DNA of 55,678 nt. Origin: a virus. Taxonomy: Duplodnaviria > Caudoviricetes. The stretch is taken from the IMG/VR virus record IMGVR_UViG_3300021085_000038, positions 1 to 55,678 of that record. One strand, written 5' to 3'. Both the position numbers and the translations under genes were made by a program. Under the pieces are notes generated by a model, which was given only the letters and a program-made list of their open reading frames with translations, ran no database searches and was not told the DNA's origin. This document shows positions 9,596-17,665 of this stretch, in pieces (the stretch's first letter is position 1; each line of letters opens with the position of its first letter).

Positions 9596-9729
9596 TTCTT
9601 TTTAGCCTTTTTCTTTTTAGGCCACCCAGCTTTCATATCCGCATAAGCTTTTGGGCTAACGGTAGACTTTTTCTTGCTACGGCTAGTTCCTGCTTTTTTA
9701 CGGGCGTTCATGTTTTTAACTAAGGACAT
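9592..9729 (-). CDS. Small Lys-rich protein (45 aa; not in the ORF track)
   Basis: MSLVKNMNARKKAGTSRSKKKSTVSPKAYADMKAGWPKKKKAKKK; AGGA upstream; ATGA overlap with the next gene. Confidence 0.7.
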   Translation of the reverse strand: MSLVKNMNARKKAGTSRSKKKSTVSPKAYADMKAGWPKKKKAKKK

Positions 9730-9730
9730 G

Positions 9731-11002
9731 TTATTCTTTCTTATTTTCTACTTGTTGTATTCTTTCGCCAATCCATTTCATCACTGGAACAGCCATTGAA
9801 TTTCCCATCGCCTTGTATCGATGTCCATTGGGGCATTCTTCTGCTTCTTTGCCCCGCCAAGATATTTGCGTATAATCGTCAGGAAAACCCTGTAATCTCT
9901 CACATTCTCTTGGTGTCATTCGTCTTACTGTTGGACTATCAGTAGCTACTAAATCTGTTGCGTCTTTATGATCCCTAGCTTTAATTGTGCTTGCAGTTTC
10001 ATCTTGTATGTAATCACCAAATCCACGCATTCTAGAAGCTACAACTGCATGAACATCTGTGGCAGTCTGGCAGGGGGATAACTCTACAAAGGGTTCTACC
10101 TGATTGCCGCCATTCTCTGGCTTTCTACCAATCCAATTACCAGGAAGTGCATATGTTACTGCTTGTACACCTTTATAGTCAGTAGAGGTTAAAGTTGATG
10201 CAACGTCTTTACCTAAAGTTAGAGCAAGGGATCGTGGTGCAATTGTAATAGCCTGCGGCTCTTTATAATCACTTGCCATAAGTGTGAGTGCAACATCATC
10301 AGCAGTATTAAGTGATACTTGCTTTGAAGCAAAGGCAGTAGTAACTAAAGCATCTGCTTCTACTCTGGCATTTCCTGTGCGACTGTACGGAGCGCCTGTG
10401 CCAACTGTTGGGGCAACTCTTTGCCTCGTTTCTCTGCTCGGCGCAGGATGCCCTGACAAGCTTTCGGACTCAAATAAAACACTTGCGGCACTTCGCCAAT
10501 CTCCAAGACATCCGATAACGAACACACGTCTGCGTCTTTGTGGAACTCCGAAGTATTGAGCGTCCAACACTCTGTAGGCGAACCCATACCCGATTTTCCC
10601 CATCGCTGTGAGGAAGGTTGCAAAATCTCGTCCTCGGTTAGATGACAGGACGCCAGGGACATTTTCCCAAACAAGCCACTTGGGTTTAAGTTGTTCAGCC
10701 ATGCTAAGATAGGTGAGCATGAGGTTGCCTCTTGGGTCCTTGAGGCCACTTCTAAGTCCTGCGACTGAGAAGGACTGACATGGTGTCCCTCCAACGAGAA
10801 GGTCAATTGATTCATTTTTAGGCCATTCCTTAAATTTAGTCATGTCCCCATAGTTAGGTACGTCAGGGTAATGATGTTCCAAAACAGCACTTGGAAATTT
10901 ATCTACTTCACTGAACCACTGAGGCTTCCAACCTAAATCGTGCCAAGCAACCGTTGCTGCCTCTACACCTGAACAAACTGATCCGTATTTTAAATTCTTC
11001 AT
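9731..11002 (-). CDS. dcm: DNA (cytosine-5) methyltransferase, alpha chain
   Basis: SVCSG, catalytic GGTPCQSFS, WENV, QRRRR and C-terminal GNSMAVPV motifs. Confidence 0.92.
   Translation of the reverse strand: MKNLKYGSVCSGVEAATVAWHDLGWKPQWFSEVDKFPSAVLEHHYPDVPNYGDMTKFKEWPKNESIDLLVGGTPCQSFSVAGLRSGLKDPRGNLMLTYLSMAEQLKPKWLVWENVPGVLSSNRGRDFATFLTAMGKIGYGFAYRVLDAQYFGVPQRRRRVFVIGCLGDWRSAASVLFESESLSGHPAPSRETRQRVAPTVGTGAPYSRTGNARVEADALVTTAFASKQVSLNTADDVALTLMASDYKEPQAITIAPRSLALTLGKDVASTLTSTDYKGVQAVTYALPGNWIGRKPENGGNQVEPFVELSPCQTATDVHAVVASRMRGFGDYIQDETASTIKARDHKDATDLVATDSPTVRRMTPRECERLQGFPDDYTQISWRGKEAEECPNGHRYKAMGNSMAVPVMKWIGERIQQVENKKE
10360..10815 (-). CDS. Overprinted ORF, putative methyltransferase beta chain (M.EcoHK31I-like)
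   Basis: 151 aa in another frame on the same strand inside dcm; RWGKSGM..ECWTLNT..CSLSDVLE..YLSPKACQGILRRA; AGGA upstream. Confidence 0.65.
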   Translation of the reverse strand: MNQLTFSLEGHHVSPSQSQDLEVASRTQEATSCSPILAWLNNLNPSGLFGKMSLASCHLTEDEILQPSSQRWGKSGMGSPTECWTLNTSEFHKDADVCSLSDVLEIGEVPQVFYLSPKACQGILRRAEKRGKELPQQLAQALRTVAQEMPE

Positions 11003-11067
11003 ATTAGTACTGCCACTTTATTATGTATTAACTAAGTGGCATAACTAAAGTATTGAGTCAATAAATA

Positions 11068-11310
11068 TCACCAGTTCTTGCATGACCAGTATCTTGCGGT
11101 CAGCTTTGATTTTGCTGTGGAGCATTTATGCCTAGCCCTGAAAGACTTACGCCGTGCAGGGTTAGACTTTTTAATTCGCATGTTGGAATCGCCATAGCGG
11201 ATGATCTTTTCAGTTCCATCCTCACAGGCTTTAACAACAAACTTCTTTGGGCCATCAGGAGTTCGACGAGGCTTATTACAAGCCATCTTATCCTTATTGA
11301 TTTTACCCAT
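11068..11310 (-). CDS. Small basic protein (DUF6321-like)
   Basis: KKFVVKA..KIIRYGD..RRKSFRARHKC..ARYWSCKNW pattern, common in marine phages. Confidence 0.7.
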   Translation of the reverse strand: MGKINKDKMACNKPRRTPDGPKKFVVKACEDGTEKIIRYGDSNMRIKKSNPARRKSFRARHKCSTAKSKLTARYWSCKNW

Positions 11311-11444
11311 TACTTTTTCTTAACAGCCATACCACCGTGACCATACTTAGGCTTTTTAACAGCCATGCCGCCCATCATCATCTTAGGTTTTGATTTCTGT
11401 GTGGCAGGAACAGATGCTCCGCAATTAGCTTTCTTCGTCTTCAT
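11310..11444 (-). CDS. Small Lys-rich protein with two GGMAVKK repeats (44 aa; not in the ORF track)
   Basis: MKTKKANCGASVPATQKSKPKMMMGGMAVKKPKYGHGGMAVKKK; TAATG coupling to the next gene. Confidence 0.7.
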   Translation of the reverse strand: MKTKKANCGASVPATQKSKPKMMMGGMAVKKPKYGHGGMAVKKK

Positions 11445-11667
11445 GGGTAATTTCCCTATCAATAAATGGATTAGGATCTTCTACTTTAGTAGCGGCTTCT
11501 TCAAACTCGAAGTATTCAGAATAACCTCTAAATATTAGATCTCTGTTTTGAGCTTGTGCTTTAGAGATAAGACCTTCTTGAAGCAGGGCTTGTACTACTT
11601 GATCAAGAGATAACTCCTGACCAGTACGTTCTCTAATAGCTGCACGAATGTATATGAGATTTATCAT
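11425..11667 (-). CDS. Hypothetical protein
   Basis: 80-aa ORF, first gene after the promoter at 11724-11695. Confidence 0.65.
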   Translation of the reverse strand: MINLIYIRAAIRERTGQELSLDQVVQALLQEGLISKAQAQNRDLIFRGYSEYFEFEEAATKVEDPNPFIDREITHEDEES

Positions 11668-11694
11668 GAGGGCTTTCTTTACCCTGATACATAT

Positions 11695-11779
11695 ATTGTA
11701 CCATCAGGAGCGGGTTTAGGTCAACCACTTTATTAGGTGGCATTATTAGGATTGACTTTTTCGCCAAACAGTGTATAAT
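11695..11779. promoter_or_regulatory. Divergent sigma70-type promoters flanking a paired operator
   Basis: Minus: TTGACC-N18-TACAAT. Plus: TTGACT-N16-TATAAT. CCACTTTATTAGGTGG lies between them. Confidence 0.6.
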
Positions 11780-11806
11780 TAAGTAACACGCCCCAGCCTA
11801 TAACTA

Positions 11807-11965
11807 CTACTTATATAGCTTTCGGTATAGGTCGCCTCTGTTAATACCCATGTCCTTTAATTGACGATCAGTCATGTTATGTAAGATCCAATGGTTAGCT
11901 CGTCTTTCTTGACTACGCTCTATTGTTTTCCAGATACCATTAAGACCATTAAATAAATGTTTCAT
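11807..11965 (-). CDS. DUF1127 (YjiS-like) small protein (52 aa; not in the ORF track)
   Basis: ...ERRANHWILHNMTDRQLKDMGINRGDLYRKLYK fits the DUF1127 D-R-x-L-K-D-[IM]-G-[IL]-x-R signature; TAAGGAG RBS. Confidence 0.8.
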   Translation of the reverse strand: MKHLFNGLNGIWKTIERSQERRANHWILHNMTDRQLKDMGINRGDLYRKLYK

Positions 11966-12030
11966 TGCAAACTCTCCTTAATATGTGTTGCTAAGTATAT
12001 TATAGCACCACTGAACTAAGGGGAGTTTTG

Positions 12031-12486
12031 TTATTTAGTAATACCCGATATGCAGCCGATGGCTTCTGATACAGGCAACTTAAACCATTCACCTCTACGA
12101 TCCTGAGATATAGCCGCAAGCTTTTGGTGAGCTATAGATTCATCTTCCCTACGATTGGTAGAAGCAAATGAATACTCAACTACATAATCCCTAAACGGAC
12201 TACTGGTCTGGTAATTACAACATCTATCTGCTGCATCGATAGCCATACCAACCTTTACCCACTCAGGCCAAGCAGGATTAGATATTATATAAACATGCCC
12301 TGCCTTAACCTGGTTATACTGTCTAAGTGCAGTCTGGTGTATGCTTAAAGCTAAACGCTTTAGGCGATTGCGTTTCCCCTTCTTGGAATCACAAACACGG
12401 CATATATAATTATTCTTACGGACGTTACCAATAGACCAGTTAATATTATCTAAAAGCACATCACAATGATTGCAGCACTTATTCAT
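12031..12486 (-). CDS. GIY-YIG (T5orf172-like) nuclease with N-terminal Zn finger
   Basis: CNHC..CRVC; GHVYII..WVKVG..R..YQTSSP..E..H..GEWF. Confidence 0.75.
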   Translation of the reverse strand: MNKCCNHCDVLLDNINWSIGNVRKNNYICRVCDSKKGKRNRLKRLALSIHQTALRQYNQVKAGHVYIISNPAWPEWVKVGMAIDAADRCCNYQTSSPFRDYVVEYSFASTNRREDESIAHQKLAAISQDRRGEWFKLPVSEAIGCISGITK

Positions 12487-12799
12487 CTACAATATTAAAC
12501 AGATCATCTACAGCATCTACGCTGTTCTCAATACGCCCTGCCGAAGCTCTAAGCATCTCAGCCATACGGCTAAACTCATGTGCAATCGTATACAGGCGCT
12601 GATAGCCATCAATGTTGCCATAGAAATCACATAGATCCTCAACAACACCTTCAAGGTCTACCTTAACTTCGGTAGCCTCATCTTCTTCTCCTGCGTACAG
12701 GAAGGTAACAATAGAACTAACACCATCAGCATCTACTACAAAATCATGATCTACGTGTATGGGAAATGTGATGGAGGTATCTGAGCCATATCCACTCAT
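12479..12799 (-). CDS. Hypothetical acidic protein
   Basis: 106-aa ORF downstream of a TTGACT-N17-TATGGT promoter. Confidence 0.65.
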   Translation of the reverse strand: MSGYGSDTSITFPIHVDHDFVVDADGVSSIVTFLYAGEEDEATEVKVDLEGVVEDLCDFYGNIDGYQRLYTIAHEFSRMAEMLRASAGRIENSVDAVDDLFNIVDE

Positions 12800-13422
12800 A
12801 ATATTCTCTCTAAAAGAAACAGCCTAAATAAATAGCCTGTACCTTACCATAACTAAGTGGCACTACTAAGTCAAGCTATTTACAACATCCTGATCAAATA
12901 AACCCTGTACCCACACGATGTTGACATAACCACAACATACAATCCTGCTGCTCCCAAGCATGGCCTACTTTACTGTTCCATTTTCCCAATCTCTGGTTGT
13001 GTTTGTATACGGTACGGGTATACCCCCCCATGGCACATGCCCCCTCTAAGCTATTGATATTGTTATATAATATATATGTATACTATTAGGCCACAACTTA
13101 AAAGATATAGGGCTTTAAGCTTTAATTGCCTGTATAATATAAGGATTAATTAAAAAAGTTTTTGTAAAAAGTTAATGTTTTGAAAGCTTACCAGGCTTTT
13201 ATCGATAAAAAATTATTATCTCAAAGCTAATGACGAATCACACAAGCAAGGGCGGAGGTTCATTGCGTGCATGAACTGGTAAGCTTTCAGCTGCATGAAA
13301 ACAAACGCCCTTGCTAACGGCTATATAAGCCACACACAAAGCCATTAGTTAAGGCTTGCTTGTATACCTAGCTAAAAGATATTTAAGGGCGTGTATGGCT
13401 TTTAATAGTTATCAATAGGCAT

Positions 13423-13456
13423 AAAAAAAGCCTTACCAAATGAATGATAAGGCTTT
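13423..13456 (-). terminator. Intrinsic terminator of the AT-rich gene cluster
   Basis: AAAGCCTTA...TAAGGCTTT stem followed by a U run on the minus strand. Confidence 0.75.
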
Positions 13457-13478
13457 CAAAGCTTTATGTTTGTTTTAG

Positions 13479-13829
13479 TTATTCGTTATTATTTACATAG
13501 TTAATTACTTCCTGAAAATCATTTGTAGAAAGTAATGTAATGTCATTGCTAATTACACCATTATAATTATCAGCATATTCTATTGTGAATCTAGACATTA
13601 AATTATCATCTGTTACATCAACACCATCAACAATTTTTCTTTCTTCTGAAATATATAAATCTTTACCAAATATATTTTTAGTGTTTTGTATACGCTGATG
13701 TAAATCGTGGCTATCAATCCAAATATGATAACCATTGAATTGATAACTAGGTAATTCATCATGATGAAAGCTTGTGCATTCCCAATTATCAGGAATATCT
13801 AAATCAGTTATATATGTATCCCAATTCAT
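13479..13829 (-). CDS. Hypothetical protein (AT-rich cluster)
   Basis: 116 aa; AAGGAG RBS; ATGA coupling. Confidence 0.7.
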   Translation of the reverse strand: MNWDTYITDLDIPDNWECTSFHHDELPSYQFNGYHIWIDSHDLHQRIQNTKNIFGKDLYISEERKIVDGVDVTDDNLMSRFTIEYADNYNGVISNDITLLSTNDFQEVINYVNNNE

Positions 13830-14038
13830 TTGCCTGACTCCTTTATTTGCTTTTCAATCTTTTCTTTTATTGCTTTTACTTGATCAATTGTAAGCATATT
13901 AGCAAATTGTTCTGAAAGATTAATAGCACGCTTTTCTTGTTCTTTGCTTGGTGCAAGAATTGCTAGGCATAAAGCATTTTCAAAAGCTTTTGATATTGTC
14001 ATATCTTTTTGATTAAAATCTATATTTTCAAGTTTCAT
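13826..14038 (-). CDS. Hypothetical protein (AT-rich cluster)
   Basis: 70 aa; repeated leader TAAACACAAAAGGAACTGACCAA-ATG. Confidence 0.75.
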   Translation of the reverse strand: MKLENIDFNQKDMTISKAFENALCLAILAPSKEQEKRAINLSEQFANMLTIDQVKAIKEKIEKQIKESGK

Positions 14039-14143
14039 TTGGTCAGTTCCTTTTGTGTTTAATTAATTAATAGTTCAATAAATAGTGAAGCATATATGAT
14101 TCCGAATAGGCAAAGACATGCTATAAAATCGGCAATGAATTCT

Positions 14144-14350
14144 TTAATCATTTGCTTTTCTTTCTATTTCCAATTCATGAATCCGCATTTCATCTTGAAC
14201 TCTTTTTCTTGCCGCACTTATTAACCTTTGTTCAAAGGCTTCATAATATTCAGGATTTCTTAATCGTTTATCATTGCGATAAGCGAAAACAAAAACCGCA
14301 AGAATAGTTGTAATAAGTAACAAGCAAATAATTAATAATAGTGTTTGCAT
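14144..14350 (-). CDS. Small single-pass membrane protein
   Basis: Hydrophobic N-terminal helix then a charged tail; GGAG RBS. Confidence 0.75.
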   Translation of the reverse strand: MQTLLLIICLLLITTILAVFVFAYRNDKRLRNPEYYEAFEQRLISAARKRVQDEMRIHELEIERKAND

Positions 14351-14451
14351 ATTCCAGACTCCGTTTTGTGTTTAAGTTAAGGGCAAAGCTTGCGCCCTTA
14401 ACAATAATTAATGTATTTTTGGTATTTAGTAAAGCCACTCTATTAAATGGC

Positions 14452-14520
14452 TTAAAAGGTTTGGTCTATTATCCAAAGCCAAACAACAACAAAGCCTACA
14501 AAGGCATACAAATAAAGCAT
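14452..14520 (-). CDS. Putative 22-aa hydrophobic peptide
   Basis: MLYLYAFVGFVVVWLWIIDQTF; TAATG coupling to the upstream gene. Confidence 0.4.
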   Translation of the reverse strand: MLYLYAFVGFVVVWLWIIDQTF

Positions 14521-15224
14521 TAGGCAACCGCCCTTAATGCTGTTTCAGGATTGTCTATTATAAACGGACTCTTGCTTGCTTGTATTGCTTTGCCGCCCTT
14601 TAACTTTAAGCCAACAACAACTTTACCTGAATATAAGTTTACTAAGTCTGATTTATCGCCATCAATCACAATTCTATTTAAGTATGTGGAAGGCATACCA
14701 CCACGAAAAACAACAGTTATAGGAAAATCTGTTTCCATTGCTTGCTTAACTTGTGGCTGATACTTTTCAGCGGCGCTATATGAAAACATAAGTTTATAAT
14801 TATCAGGCGTTTTTCCTAATCGTCTTGCTACCTTAGTATAGTCATAGAATAATGAATTTTTGAATAGTTGTGGAATTGCGTATTTTTCCCAAGCAATGTC
14901 AGAAATTGTATTTAAACGAAAAGCGGCTAACTTACCTTTTCTTTCACACTTCAATTCAAAAGCGGCTATTTCTTTTTTTAATTGTTCAAGAAATATTTCT
15001 TTATCTGAATGCCATAAATCCGTTTTGCTTTGTCTTGCTTTTGCTACTGAATGCATTTGACCACGTCCTGAACTTACAAGACATTCATGAACACAATTAG
15101 CCATGTATTGTTGTGGACATATTACAAGGTCAGGCATTAACGACAAACTGGCAATATTATATTCAGTTCCGTTTTGAGTTTTCATTATTTTAGTGTTGGA
15201 TGCATTTGTATTTAATAGTTTCAT
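14520..15224 (-). CDS. Gp88-like protein (Cys triad, possible Fe-S)
   Basis: ICP..ANCVHECL..SGRG, FRLNTISD and FYDYTK motifs. Confidence 0.7.
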   Translation of the reverse strand: MKLLNTNASNTKIMKTQNGTEYNIASLSLMPDLVICPQQYMANCVHECLVSSGRGQMHSVAKARQSKTDLWHSDKEIFLEQLKKEIAAFELKCERKGKLAAFRLNTISDIAWEKYAIPQLFKNSLFYDYTKVARRLGKTPDNYKLMFSYSAAEKYQPQVKQAMETDFPITVVFRGGMPSTYLNRIVIDGDKSDLVNLYSGKVVVGLKLKGGKAIQASKSPFIIDNPETALRAVA

Positions 15225-15456
15225 TTGGTCAGTTCCTTTTGTTTTGTGTTTAGTATCGACCAGGCTTTTTTTTTGTATTGGTTAGATACAAGCCTGATCA
15301 ATGCCACTTTATTAAGCTGCATGAAAATTTTTAACAAGATTATTTTTTTTCAATAATTATTTTTTATATTATTTTTAGTTGCTACCTGGTCTAGGTATTG
15401 TTATGTATGTACTCAGTCTCATCCAGATACCTTATGTATTATCCGTGTATAATGAT

Positions 15457-15691
15457 TTGACGTGCGAGTAGTTTTAATTTTTTAAAAGGAGGCATAATGA
15501 TCATCAACAAAATACAGGCAAGAGAGTTAGGCGAAGCTATCATTGACGCAGCAGAGGCTGTAGAAGTTAGAAAGCAAGACCAACACATTGTTATGGTAGG
15601 CGAGAAAGCAGTAGCTATACCATACCATCCTGCCTATGCAGATGAGTACGAATCAATCGCTATTATTAAGTATTGACGTGCGAGTAGTTTT
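15457..15691 (+). repeat. 19-bp direct repeats TTGACGTGCGAGTAGTTTT (15457-15475, 15673-15691)
   Basis: Exact match; the repeats flank a small ORF. Confidence 0.9.
15497..15676 (+). CDS. Hypothetical protein (59 aa; not in the ORF track)
   Basis: AAGGAGG RBS; MIINKIQARELGEAIIDAAE...IAIIKY. Confidence 0.75.
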   Translation: MIINKIQARELGEAIIDAAEAVEVRKQDQHIVMVGEKAVAIPYHPAYADEYESIAIIKY

Positions 15692-15693
15692 CC

Positions 15694-15766
15694 AAAAAAG
15701 AACCCCCCGATACCGAAATACCGAGGGGCTTAGACTAGGAAGGGTAGCCGAGGGAGAAAGACTACA
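15694..15766 (-). ncRNA. Candidate small RNA with anti-Shine-Dalgarno sequences
   Basis: TTGCTT-N16-TATACT promoter; hairpin GUAGUC-UUUCUCCCUC-GGCUAC; CCCUUCC linker; GC-rich UUCG terminator with U run; no ORF. Confidence 0.6.
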
Positions 15767-15814
15767 CTTGAAGTATAGCAAAGCCACCTAATAAAGCAAG
15801 TATTATTTCATGTA

Positions 15815-15843
15815 TTGACATTACTAATGCCACCTAATAGCTT
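15815..15843 (+). promoter_or_regulatory. Integrase promoter with operator in the spacer
   Basis: TTGACA-N17-TAGCTT overlapping TGCCACCTAAT. Confidence 0.65.
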
Positions 15844-15874
15844 CATGTAAGTTATGAGGCCATGGGAGCTAGTT

Positions 15875-16948
15875 ATGTCAAAGATGAAATACATTTATAC
15901 ACGCACAGTTAAGAACGGCAGCACAAAGTGGGTGGTTAGTCCACCTGCATATGTTAAAGCAGCAGTGCAAGCACAATATATGGTGTTTACCAATCAAGCT
16001 GATGCAACAGAGTATTCCCTGAACATTCAGGATGCATACAACTCTCACCGAAGAGGTATCAAACATAAGAAATACCTTGAGAAGGATACAGTTGAGGCAT
16101 TAATTGATAACTATAAGGGTAGTAAAGAGTGGTCTGAGTTAAGTCAGAACTCAAAGCGTACTTACAATCAGTTACTGGGATGTATGACGGGTGTTAGAGT
16201 AGGTGAATCCCGTAAAGCTTTTCAGAACATGCGTATTTTAAATATAAATAGAACTTACGCTAATAATTTACATCAACAACTACATAAAGATGTAAGCAGA
16301 CATCGTGCAAACCACACTTGTAAAGTTCTTCGTCGCATCTGGTCGGTAGGTGAACTTGCAGAGATAGTTAAAACCAATCCATTTCGCAACATGGGGCTGA
16401 AGAAGACAAAGCAACGTGAAGTAATGTGGACACCTGAACAGGTTCAACAGTTTATGGAAACAGCAGATAACATGGGGTTACCTAGCATGGGTACAATGGC
16501 TCTTATGTGTTACGATCTCTGCCAACGACCAGGTGATATGCGCCAAATGACGTGGGATAAATATAAATCTCAACGGTTCTCGTTTGTACAAGAGAAGAAT
16601 AAATCCGTGGTAGATATCCCTGCATCACCACGCCTTATAGAGCGACTTAGATCAGCCGCTGTTAGTAATCAGCACGATAATATTGTGTATTATGAAACCA
16701 CAGGCAAAACCTATGATCGTAGGCACTACAACAAAGTGTTCTGTCGTGTACGTGATGCTGCCAATCTCCCTTCCCATCTGCAAATGCGTGATTTACGCCG
16801 TACTGGAGCTACAGAGATGGCTGAAGCAGGATGCACCAATACTGAATTACGATCAGTTACAGGACACAAGAGTGTCGATGTTCTGGCAATATATGTACGA
16901 CCAACAGTCAAGCTTGCGGCAGCAGGTATCAACAAAAGATTTGGATAA
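15875..16948 (+). CDS. int: Tyrosine integrase
   Basis: CQRPGD, RDLRRTGATE, TGHKS and catalytic Tyr (IYVRP); GGGAG RBS before MSKMK. Confidence 0.9.
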   Translation: MSKMKYIYTRTVKNGSTKWVVSPPAYVKAAVQAQYMVFTNQADATEYSLNIQDAYNSHRRGIKHKKYLEKDTVEALIDNYKGSKEWSELSQNSKRTYNQLLGCMTGVRVGESRKAFQNMRILNINRTYANNLHQQLHKDVSRHRANHTCKVLRRIWSVGELAEIVKTNPFRNMGLKKTKQREVMWTPEQVQQFMETADNMGLPSMGTMALMCYDLCQRPGDMRQMTWDKYKSQRFSFVQEKNKSVVDIPASPRLIERLRSAAVSNQHDNIVYYETTGKTYDRRHYNKVFCRVRDAANLPSHLQMRDLRRTGATEMAEAGCTNTELRSVTGHKSVDVLAIYVRPTVKLAAAGINKRFG

Positions 16949-16951
16949 ATA

Positions 16952-17581
16952 ATGATTAAAGCAACACTACTAGACTACATGGGTTCAGACTTATCAATTG
17001 TGAACGCAGCACGAGTATCCTTCGGCAACAAGCACGAAGTATTCAACCAGAAGAAAGATGCAAAGCTAATTAAGTTCTTAGCTAAACATAAACACACTTC
17101 ACCATTTGGGCATGTGTTTGCTTCATTCCATGTATCAGCACCTGTGTTTGTAGCACGTCAGCTTGTTAAGCATAAGTTCTTGCGCTGGAATGAAATCTCC
17201 AGACGTTATGTATCCAACAAACCTAAACTGTACGAGCCTACAACATGGCGTGGGAAGGCTCACGATAAGAAGCAAGGATCTTCTGATAGCGTTGTGATCG
17301 AGGGTGTTGAGATAAGAGCTACACAAGCTTACGACATATCTCTGTATGAACACCTATTGGAAATGGGAATCTGTGAAGAGCAAGCACGCATGGTTTTACC
17401 ACACAACCTAATGACCGAGTGGCATTGGTCTGGTAGTTTAGATGCCTTTGCAGATATGTGCATCTTGCGCTGTAATAAAGATACTCAAAACGAAACGAGG
17501 ATCATTGCAGATGATATTAGCAGCATCATGGATAAGTTATATCCTGTGTCTTGGGACGCATTGATGCCACAAATTAAGTAA
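16952..17581 (+). CDS. thyX: Flavin-dependent thymidylate synthase
   Basis: AARVSF, HTSPF, RQLVKH..NEISRRY and EQARMVLP motifs. Confidence 0.92.
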   Translation: MIKATLLDYMGSDLSIVNAARVSFGNKHEVFNQKKDAKLIKFLAKHKHTSPFGHVFASFHVSAPVFVARQLVKHKFLRWNEISRRYVSNKPKLYEPTTWRGKAHDKKQGSSDSVVIEGVEIRATQAYDISLYEHLLEMGICEEQARMVLPHNLMTEWHWSGSLDAFADMCILRCNKDTQNETRIIADDISSIMDKLYPVSWDALMPQIK

Positions 17582-17665
17582 AAATAATTGCAGTTTTCAC
17601 CAAAAACAAAAACATTTATTATCTTTACATTTTTTGAGAAAAAAAATCCAACAATATCAGATAGT

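Noticed and set aside
15457-15691. CRISPR mini-array
   Set aside because: Only two 19-bp units ~200 bp apart enclosing an ORF; no cas genes.
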